From assembly GCA_051294375.1 (NCBI GenBank), contig JBJCIZ010001224.1:1-7724 (forward strand): 7,724 bases of DNA, in the 5' to 3' direction. Shown in pieces: positions 1-6,995 of this stretch. Position 1 is the first letter of the stretch, and every line of letters begins with the position of its first letter. Made by a program: the position numbers and the translations under genes. Under the pieces are notes generated by a model. The model had not been told where the DNA came from and ran no database searches. It saw only the letters and a program-made list of their open reading frames with translations. Origin of the DNA: Paraspadella gotoi. Lineage: Eukaryota; Animalia; Chaetognatha.

Positions 1-209
1 ATGCATTCTGATAAACCTAGAGAAAAATATTATTACACTATTTCCGAAATTTTTATGTTATTTCATTTAAAATTAGCCAAAAACTAAAAAAAAAAATTAT
101 CATATTTAACCCACATCGTGGGTTTCTAATCTATTTACTTTTTTCTATTCATAGAGAATTATTAAACAGTTATTCTTTTTTGAACAGTGAGACGTGTTTA
201 CTGTTTACA

Positions 210-1046
210 TTAGAATCTTTCGCATTCCTCGTCGTTGACGAGAGCTACATTATCGTATTCTCCCGCTCCAAACACAAGATCGTCGCCCGACGTTGCTCCC
301 CAGGTTTTCTTAGCTTTCTGTCCCTCTTCCGAGAAGACGCCTTGAAGAATTCTGGGCCACATGGTGGCGACAATGAAGTGAAGGATGAAAAGAAGGACGC
401 CAGAGACAACGAAAAAGTCCAACAGCGGCCCTGCCATGCTAGTGAGGCAGAAGTTTGTTGTCGGCAGTAACGGCATTGTGGCGTTGGCGTCGGGGTTTTT
501 CAAAATGAGCAGAGTCCTATTGGAGCTGCCACTTAGAATCGACCATGCCTTGACGACATTAGGCGTCATCTGCCAGGCAAAGGACACCAATTTAGAATTT
601 TCGGCGTGGTCAGGTGCAAGCAGTTCTGTATTTCCGAACCACAAAAGTGCAGCGCCACAGGAGACACAGAAGAAAGCCACTTGGAGGACAATCGATGCGG
701 GGACGCGGAGGTGCCGTGAGTGAAGGAATCGTGCGATGCGCCCACTTGTTTCCTTTTCCATTGTCGTGAAAGACAATGACGCCGAAAACGCCGCATGAGC
801 TGTTAAATAAACTATCCCAGCACCAAAGAGGGCTGGACGACATTTTAACGCTGCGTAATAAGCCATCGGCGCCGGAAATGTCGCAAGATGTAAAGCAGCC
901 CAAGGAATAAAGATGGCATAGAAAGTCATGTATCGAAAATGCGTGGTTGTAAAGCGACGCTGCTTTGCTACGCGCCGTAGAAACTCTTCAGCACCGCCAA
1001 CAACGCCAAGACAAATGGAAGCGCCTGAAGAAACGATCACGAGCGT
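210..1046 (-). CDS. Terminal coding exon of a spliced gene for a multi-pass membrane protein of unknown family
   Basis: This is the longest ORF in the window (276 aa in the track, stop TAA at 212-210). It has about five hydrophobic segments: TLVIVSSGASICLGVVG, MTFYAIFIPWAALHLATFPAPMAYYAAL, LFGAGIVYLTAHAAFSASLSF, IVLQVAFFCVSCGAALLWFG and LLDFFVVSGVLLFILHFIVATMW. There is no in-frame ATG at its 5' end, but a strong acceptor TTTTCTTTTTCCAG| (AG at 1048-1047) precedes an in-frame, phase-0 exon start at 1046. Composition switches to AT-rich near the stop. Confidence 0.78.
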   Translation of the reverse strand, partial: TLVIVSSGASICLGVVGGAEEFLRRVAKQRRFTTTHFRYMTFYAIFIPWAALHLATFPAPMAYYAALKCRPALFGAGIVYLTAHAAFSASLSFTTMEKETSGRIARFLHSRHLRVPASIVLQVAFFCVSCGAALLWFGNTELLAPDHAENSKLVSFAWQMTPNVVKAWSILSGSSNRTLLILKNPDANATMPLLPTTNFCLTSMAGPLLDFFVVSGVLLFILHFIVATMWPRILQGVFSEEGQKAKKTWGATSGDDLVFGAGEYDNVALVNDEECERF

Positions 1047-1374
1047 CTGGAAAAAGAAAACAGACTCGACGAGGAAAACGATGTTAAAAAAGAAAAAACA
1101 TTAAAGAAGATTTCGTCGTTCACAAACCTGATTTCATGCCAGAGGAAACACGAACACGGATGCCATCGGATGCGATCTCACAAACAGCCAGCGACCGGAC
1201 AATATCTGCGGGCCGATGGACAACATTCGATACATAACCATTCGACGTCATCGATTCATTTTTCTCCATGCCACGAGAAGTGTGTTTCGAATTACACACC
1301 GGACGCAGCGTTTCACTCCCAGCACTACCAATTTCGGGTCACAGGGACTCAACAGGCGTTCTTCAACCACTAAC

Positions 1375-1473
1375 CGTGACAGCGAAAATTGGGAGTTTAA
1401 CATAATCACCCCACCACATCCGGCACCAACGACGCAAAGGATATTGCACAGGAGAAAAATTAATGTTCACGAT
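1375..1473 (-). CDS. Internal exon (99 nt, IVNINFSPVQYPLRRWCRMWWGDYVKLPIFAVT) of the membrane-protein gene
   Basis: Acceptor ...TTTCATAAACATAG| at 1475-1474 and donor ACG|GTTAGT at 1374. The exon is open in phase 0/0 and joins the 1046 exon to give a continuous hydrophobic stretch, PIFAVT|TLVIVSSGASICLG. Implied intron 1047-1374 is 328 nt. Confidence 0.55.
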
Positions 1474-1518
1474 CTATGTTTATGAAATGAGACGCAAAAC
1501 TTGTGTCAAATCCCTAAC

Positions 1519-1562
1519 CTTATATGAAAACGGATCGAGTAGGAGACGATGGGTTGATCTTT
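1519..1562 (-). CDS. Short internal exon (44 nt, (E)RSTHRLLLDPFSYK) of the membrane-protein gene
   Basis: Acceptor TTTCCCTGTTTTAAG| at 1564-1563 and donor AAG|GTTAGG at 1518. Flanking introns are 51 nt (1563-1613) and 45 nt (1474-1518), and phases fit the neighbouring exons. An alternative acceptor lies 4 nt downstream (exon start 1558). Confidence 0.5.
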
Positions 1563-1613
1563 CTTAAAACAGGGAAAATGCCAATCGTTGCTAAACAAAC
1601 AATGTTAACCTAC

Positions 1614-1713
1614 CCGGGCGGGATTTTAACATGGAACGACACAGATGCCTAGCCGGCGGCCGTCTATCGAGGCCGGAGCCTACCCAATCAGAAGATGGCA
1701 TCCTGCGCTCCAT
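1614..1713 (-). CDS. Putative first coding exon (MERRMPSSDWVGSGLDRRPPARHLCRSMLKSRP) of the membrane-protein gene
   Basis: ATG at 1713-1711 is open to donor G|GTAGGT at 1613 (phase 1), giving a 1080-nt CDS (359 aa) with the three downstream exons. An alternative 5' model (2023-1997/1928-1684 spliced to 1558) is also in frame, hence the low confidence. Confidence 0.35.
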
Positions 1714-2776
1714 AACAACGAAAGATCCAATAATGCCTTAATTCGGATGTCGCCTACGAAAACAATATCCCCTTGCCTCCGAGGACCCACAATTACGAAA
1801 ATGGAGGCCGCGAATGCTGGACCAAGTGCAATTGCACTATTTCGAAACGGAAGAAGCACAGAGGACAGTTGGAAAAAAGTGGCACAATTCATCTGCAACG
1901 ATATAGGCACCGCCCCATTCACCACCGACTACGGCGAAAAGTCAAGTTCTCGTGGATGCGGCTAAACCAACCACTGTCGCAAAATCAACACGTCACCTCA
2001 TTTTTCGCCTCTGATACCTTCATGGCAGGAATGAAACACGACCCCGACGCCCTTAGCCGCGCTTCACGAAGATTGCATCAAAATTAGCTCAAAAAAAACC
2101 AGGTACAAAAATCGACACGCTCACCGACGCATTTACGCCACGAACTCTGCGTCACAAGAGCGAAAGAGGCGAGGGCAAGCTGCGCTTGCAGCCCACAAAT
2201 CTCCAGCAGCCACGACTTTCATCGATCGTGGAAAGAGTCGCGGTCTCGAGGCGAACTACTAATGACTGCAATATGCCGAGGAAGACCTTAGCACTACGCG
2301 TGAACGAAAGAGTGCTATCAAGAGCTTACCAATAAGCTACCGAGGACGCCCAGCCTATCCGGACACGCAATTTTCCATCACGTCATCGACTCTTCTCACT
2401 AACGACGCGTGCGGTCCCACACCAGTCTACGAAGTAAATGCGAATCTTCGTTCGACTTCAAAAGAAAAACCATTCAATGACTTACGAAACGATGACAACT
2501 ACACTCTCCGGAACATAAGATCAACACGTATCAGACTAAATAAACATTTACGAAGAAGTCGAAAGTTTATGGACATGCACTCAAAATATACGCGGTTCGC
2601 ACAGAAGTTCAACCAACGCTGTCGGAGACTAACAAATGAAGCGCCCTCAAAACTTTTTCAGAAATCTGTTCTGAAATTGTACCTTACGTAAACATGGTTG
2701 CCGTCCACGTTCATGAACGTTGCCCTACCGATCGCTATCATCGCCATCATAATCATTCAGCCGGCATTCCTTTTTT

Positions 2777-2791
2777 CTGCTGCTGCTGCTG
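2777..2791. repeat. (CTG)5 trinucleotide microsatellite
   Basis: ctgctgctgctgctg read directly. Confidence 0.85.
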
Positions 2792-4589
2792 CAAGTGCAT
2801 GACGACGTACGTAGGAAAGAAGATGGCAGAAAGGCACCCACAGCAGCCGCGTCAGCCGCCAGAGAGACTCGTAACATTCATCGCTGGGAAGCGATCGCTC
2901 ACTAGGCGGTTCTAAAACCCGCCACGCTCGCCGACTGGAGCGGGGGAGGCAATCAAAACGCATAGTAACCAAATGCAGGCAGGGCGCTGCCCCCCCTCTC
3001 ACGCTCCCCGCGACGCTAGGAGCAGCGGCGAAGCCGCAGGAGTGAACAAAGGACCTCACCATGAAAAGGAAACCTACCCAAAGCTCAATGGCCTCACTTA
3101 AAAACTAAAAACCAATGAGGAAACTTGTATATTTGGCCATGAGCTTGAAGGGAAGAACCAATAAACAATGAGTGAGGGTTCTCATAGTGAAGGGATAAAC
3201 AATGAATACTAAAGGATGCAGAGCGTATGAAGTTTTGGAGTGAAAGAATCATTTCTCTCACGTCGATCAAAGCATTCAGACATTATTGTCTTAAACTGTC
3301 TTTTTAGAAACTCTGTTCTCTGCCTAATAAAGTAAATATTGTAATTTACACATTCGTTTCAATTTTCTACTATTTAATTATTACACATTTGTCACTATTA
3401 TTACCATAATTTAAATTAGTTATTACTTCAACGTTTAACTCAATTGGTTCGGAAGATTTTTGCAAAAAATATTTTAACACAATAATGAATACCAATAATG
3501 AATTTGTTTAATGTTGTTCCCATGTTCCGCTCCAGTTTTATAGAGCATTTGCGCCGGCAACTAAAAAACAACCGGATTATGGCCAAATTGTTGTCAATAA
3601 CCTGCATATGAGAAGTTTCGGAGGAATTCTTGGGAACCTCGTTTGAAATTGGGAATTTATTTCAAAAAAAAATTTATATGACGCACCTATAAAATAAAAA
3701 CTTAACTTTTTTCGAAATCAATCAATTAAAATTGTGTCTATGACTCAAAATAATCAATCCACACGAAAACGATAATTTTAATTTGAATTAAAAAAAATGA
3801 ATTGATTTTAAATACTATCATCGCAAGATAATAAATCTAACCCAACAGCAAGAAAACGGATCGGAAATTTATCTTTGTCGAGATTATACTTTGTTAATTT
3901 TAACAAAAATTATCGCATAAAAAGGTACCACCACAAAAATATTTTTATATTATTAAAGTACATAATTACACACAGTCATTCATACTTACTGCGCCGACCG
4001 TAAGGAGAGGGATAGTGGAAGGTCTCGTAAGTGAGAGACCGGTCTTATGCGGACTCATCTATCATCTTTACATTCCTCAGATAAAGAACAACAGATCAGA
4101 TACGGCTTCCAATCGGCAAGGACAATGAAATTTCTTTTTTTCGTCTCCGCTGATTTCCGTCTCAAGGCTTTTATGCCGTCGAGATCGGTACTCGGACGTC
4201 ATTCTAGCTCTCAAATTCTGAAAGTTGAACGACGCCGGTTTTGAAAGCGAGCGTCACTTTTCGCCGTTATCGGACGTAGGTATGGCGGTCGTCATGACGG
4301 ACGCTCAGCTCAAAGAAGACCGCTTGTCTGTGGTCAGCTTGTGGTGGCTATCCGTCTATACTACTGGGGCCTGTCGATCAAGGTCACGCGTACGATGAAC
4401 TCCAGTAACGAAAACAGTAATCCTGAGGAATCGATCTTTATGCGAATACAAAAATATCGCAGAGACATGACCGACCAACCTCATTAGAAAAGTGAAATGT
4501 CAAAATTGATTTTCATGTAGAAAACAGGTTTGAGCAAACAATGCCGGATCTGCTCCACGCATCATTACGGTACAGCGTGATCAGATAAT

Positions 4590-4790
4590 ATAATCTCATT
4601 AATTAATTCATTAATTTCATTAATTATAAATTTTTTATTTATGTCAAAATCACTCGTTTTCCACTTGTCTCGCACTCTCAATCACAAAACAACAATCTCA
4701 TCACCAACATTAATTAAACTAATTTAAATAAATTACAAATAATTAATAATTTAATTAATTACTTATATTTAATTAATAATTAAATAATAT
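4590..4790. repeat. AT-rich low-complexity region (TAAT/ATTA-rich) inside the HINE-like element
   Basis: Multiple attaatt/taattaat units, for example at 4598-4625 and 4740-4785. Confidence 0.6.
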
Positions 4791-5012
4791 CAGCTTGAAT
4801 TTACATTTAAATATAAAAATAAAAAAACGCATAATCAAATAGTGAAATAGATTGGTTTGGTTTTTTCCATTATAACTCATTTCCACTTCGAACGATCCAG
4901 TCGAAACTTTATTTCAGCTCAATCACACACTTTCTCTACCACATGACAAAATTTATTCCCAAATTCCATCAATCAAATCACGAGTTAATTGGTGTTTTTG
5001 CTTAAGGTGGCC

Positions 5013-5040
5013 GACTGACAGACAGACAGACAGACGGACT
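5013..5040. repeat. (GACN)7 tetranucleotide microsatellite (mostly GTCT on minus) inside the HINE-like element
   Basis: gact gaca gaca gaca gaca gacg gact read directly. Confidence 0.9.
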
Positions 5041-5412
5041 CATTTTTTACATTTTATCATAATTCGATGTTTCTGACATGATATAGTGACATGCCCGATA
5101 AAATTGGGGGGGCGCGACGACAAGTGAATTATAGAGCCGGAATCTGCTGTACCAGATCCGGCTAAAAAGTTGTTGTCTATGTCTCTCTCTTTTTTGTTTT
5201 CCGACGAAGTCAAAAATTCTGAAGGATGAATAAGTATTTTAATTGAATTAATGTTGTCATTAGGCAGAGCCAAGCCTCACTGGATGTTGTTAATGAATAA
5301 ATGAGACCAAAATAAATTATTTGTACTTAAAAATATAAACATAAATATAATAAGTTTATATATACCTAGTAATAATGAAAAAGATAATCATAGCAATCTC
5401 CTCAACATTCGT

Positions 5413-5595
5413 TCAGGAACTACTCTTTGATAAGGACGTCTCTTCAGCATCCCGCGTCCCAGACGAATCGCTTTCCATTCTTCGTTTTCTTCCAGAATCC
5501 TCTTCCAATTGCACCACAATTCGCTCTCCAACTCCTACTTGGTCGGAAGGGGAATGAATTAAACCCACTTCGGGGTAGAATATTATTTTATAAAT
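5413..5595 (-). other. Possible isolated terminal exon or coding remnant (60 aa, IYKIIFYPEVG...ETSLSKSSS*)
   Basis: Higher-GC island in AT-rich DNA, with acceptor-like TTTTCTTAG| at 5597-5596 followed by a frame open to TGA at 5415-5413. No recognisable domain, and no upstream exon identified. Confidence 0.25.
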
Positions 5596-5710
5596 CTAAG
5601 AAAACTAAATGTATTATATCACAGCTTAGAAAAACTGGAAACTTTCAATGTGTTGAAAGAAAACTAGATGCGCGTCATTCTTATTGATCAGATCACTTTT
5701 CAAGAGACAG

Positions 5711-5912
5711 ATGATTGTTGTGTGTTTAGTGACCAGAACCGTTCGAATATTAAGCAATCCCTAAGCTTTCGGATCAGGCTGTAACACCGTGCACCGGCCT
5801 GGTCAAGTGTTCCGTCCTCTTAATTGCTAGGCGACCACCCGGACTAGAACACGGCGACCTTTGGATTAGGAGGCAATTTACTAGCCTCCCGCAACCAATG
5901 GCCTAGTGATGA
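5711..5912 (-). mobile_element. tRNA-derived SINE-like element (unit A; head resembles tRNA-Arg(CCT))
   Basis: Minus strand shows A-box-like TAGGCCATTGG (5905-5895), anticodon-loop-like CTCCTAA (5872-5866), TCCAA, V-loop-like AGGTC, B-box-like GTTCTAGTCC (5850-5841) and acceptor-like TGGTCGCC (5837-5830). A structured body follows, then the tail ...GGTCACTAAACACACAACAATCAT. The cloverleaf is degenerate, so this is not a functional tRNA. No target-site duplication was found. Confidence 0.55.
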
Positions 5913-5913
5913 A

Positions 5914-6232
5914 GGGTTGGTTTGATATTTAGTCACTATAACTTATTTTAAAGTAACTCAATTTGTGGCGTATATTCACCATCCGCACTCACGTCATCAT
6001 GGTTCAGCCAATCCCATTGGCTTCAGGAGGGGAACTGCACCATTCCCACCGGTTGGTTTCCATCCACAGGTCCTTAAAAGACTTCGCTTTCTTCGTTGGC
6101 AAAAGCGAGACCATCCCTTAGGGTAAACCGCCGCCAGTGACTGAATGGTTCGAAGTCCCAAAACACAACAGTGAGGGATGCCCGCATCTTCAATGGGCAT
6201 CACAGGTTAACCCGGTGTTTACCATACACAAT
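5914..6232 (-). mobile_element. Highly structured SINE-like element (unit B)
   Basis: Island of about 50% GC with many stems: 6177-6183/6195-6201, 6080-6086/6151-6157, 6084-6090/6102-6108, 6006-6012/6016-6022, 6030-6034/6043-6047 and 6047-6052/6212-6217. The minus strand starts with a tRNA D-arm-like GTGT-ATGGTAA-ACAC (6229-6215) and has a B-box-like CTTCGAACC (6155-6147). It ends in stem-loop GTTACT...AGTGAC followed by TAAATATCAAACCAACC. Confidence 0.42.
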
Positions 6233-6712
6233 ATAACGAAGTATTAAAACGATCTAGCACATTCTGACGAACGTTACCGAATTTTCTTATGTTGTCACCT
6301 CCATGCATCAAATCATGCTTATCAGTCTGCCTAATATCAATTAAAACTGTTTCTGTATTTTATGAAATATATCTGATATCTTTTTAGGTGAATAAGTTAC
6401 TGTGGCAATATGATACATTATGCACTTTAAAAGGTCGGATATACCCACACCTTTTACCCAATATAAACTTAATTTGATTGCCGTTATTACTCAAGTTAAT
6501 GAACTCAACCGATGAGTATTCATTGAGTATGTGAAAAATGATAAAATTTTTAGAAATTATAAATTTAGCATTAAAACGTGAAAAATAAAAACCATTAAAT
6601 AATATTTAGTAAAAATTTATTTTTTAATTTCATAATTAGTGGGCACCAGTGCAGCTACGCTATATATAGAATAATCTATATATATTTATCTAGTTGTTGT
6701 TTTATTTTTTTT

Positions 6713-6752
6713 TCTCTCTCTCTCTCTCTCACTTTCAATCTCTCTCTCTCTC
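6713..6752. repeat. (TC)n microsatellites: (TC)9 at 6713-6730 and (TC)7 at 6739-6752
   Basis: Read directly. Confidence 0.9.
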
Positions 6753-6872
6753 CTCTATTAACAAGTTTCAACTTTCTTTTCACAACTCACTCAATCTGCC
6801 CTCAACCTCAACCTGTCCTCACATACTGACCACTATTCTGTCTCACCACTTTGTTGGGAAAATACTTTTACC

Positions 6873-6906
6873 CTCTCTCTCTAGCTCTCTTTTCTCTCTC
6901 TCTCTC
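6873..6906. repeat. Interrupted (CT)n microsatellite
   Basis: ctctctctctagctctcttttctctctctctctc read directly. Confidence 0.85.
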
Positions 6907-6945
6907 ACACTCTTCTTTTTGCACAAAATTTATACCTTGGATGTC

Positions 6946-6995
6946 ATAGCTGATGAAGGCTTGAACATAAGCAAGCCGAAACATGGGTCCACTAT
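6946..6995 (+). ncRNA. Minimal type I hammerhead ribozyme motif (Penelope-like-element type), possibly degenerate
   Basis: Core CUGAUGA at 6950-6956 plus an extra A at 6957. Stem II is a perfect 6 bp, GGCUUG 6958-6963 / CAAGCC 6972-6977, with an 8-nt loop. Then come GAAAC 6978-6982, loop AUGG and cleavage triplet GUC 6987-6989. Stem I is weak: AUAG 6946-6949 pairs with CUAU 6992-6995 at a 2-nt offset. Confidence 0.72.

Larger units (their letters stand above)
4521..5168 (-). mobile_element. Non-autonomous Helentron-associated element (HINE / DINE-1-like)
   Basis: On the minus strand it starts in a T-run (TTTTTAGCCGGATCTG...) with a 5' hairpin (plus coordinates AGCCGGAATCTG 5135-5146 / CAGATCCGGCT 5153-5163). 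It has a GTCY-type microsatellite at 5013-5040, an AT-rich low-complexity middle, and a perfect 10-bp subterminal inverted repeat (GCCGGATCTG 4543-4552 / CAGATCCGGC 5153-5162). A small 3' stem-loop (GTTTGCTCAAAC, 4539-4528) precedes the end ...CTGTTTT. This order of parts matches the known DINE-1/HINE architecture, and there is no coding capacity. Confidence 0.72.

Noticed and set aside
180-903. Overlapping ORFs 180-470(+), 385-723(+), 566-796(-) and 610-903(-)
   Set aside because: Shadow frames of the long minus-strand exon.
1025-1127. Alternative intron CAG|GTTTGT (1127) to TTCTTCAG (1025)
   Set aside because: It is phase-compatible, but the upstream frame hits a stop at 1341-1339 with no convincing acceptor in between, and it would truncate the first hydrophobic helix.
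1128-1473. A minus-strand frame with hydrophobic stretches interrupted only by TGA codons, suggesting UGA recoding (Trp/Sec) or a pseudogene
   Set aside because: The neighbouring frame also has only TGA stops, so this likely reflects TA depletion. All Trp codons in the long exon are TGG, and a stop-free splice model (donor 1374 to acceptor 1047) explains the region.
2707-2720. Perfect 14-bp palindrome ACGTTCATGAACGT
   Set aside because: About 0.5 such palindromes are expected by chance in 7.7 kb.
2757-3062. 101-aa minus-strand ORF
   Set aside because: No domain signature, composition typical of a chance GC-rich frame, and no consistent splice link to the downstream gene.
4016-4040. GGAAGGTCT resembling eukaryotic RNase P RNA CR-I
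   Set aside because: No matching CR-V/P4 partner found downstream, and the motif sits in a local hairpin.
5830-5912. Functional tRNA-Arg gene
   Set aside because: Acceptor, anticodon and T stems are broken and there is an inserted hairpin; treated as a SINE head.
5906-5912. Box C-like GTGATGA (C/D snoRNA) or second hammerhead core
   Set aside because: No suitably placed box D with a terminal stem, and no CUGA/GAAA core.
5997-6203. 68-aa minus-strand ORF in unit B
   Set aside because: No recognisable motif; expected by chance in a GC-richer structured repeat.
5780-6224. Imperfect terminal inverted repeats TGTAACACCG / CGGTGTTTACCA suggesting a MITE or solo LTR
   Set aside because: The repeats are short and gapped, there is no target-site duplication, and the left copy lies inside the structured island rather than at its edge.
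6661-6694. TATATATAGA/TCTATATATA inverted repeat and A|TCTATATA...CTAG|T resembling Helitron termini
   Set aside because: Only 19 bp, low-complexity TA sequence, with no subterminal GC hairpin.
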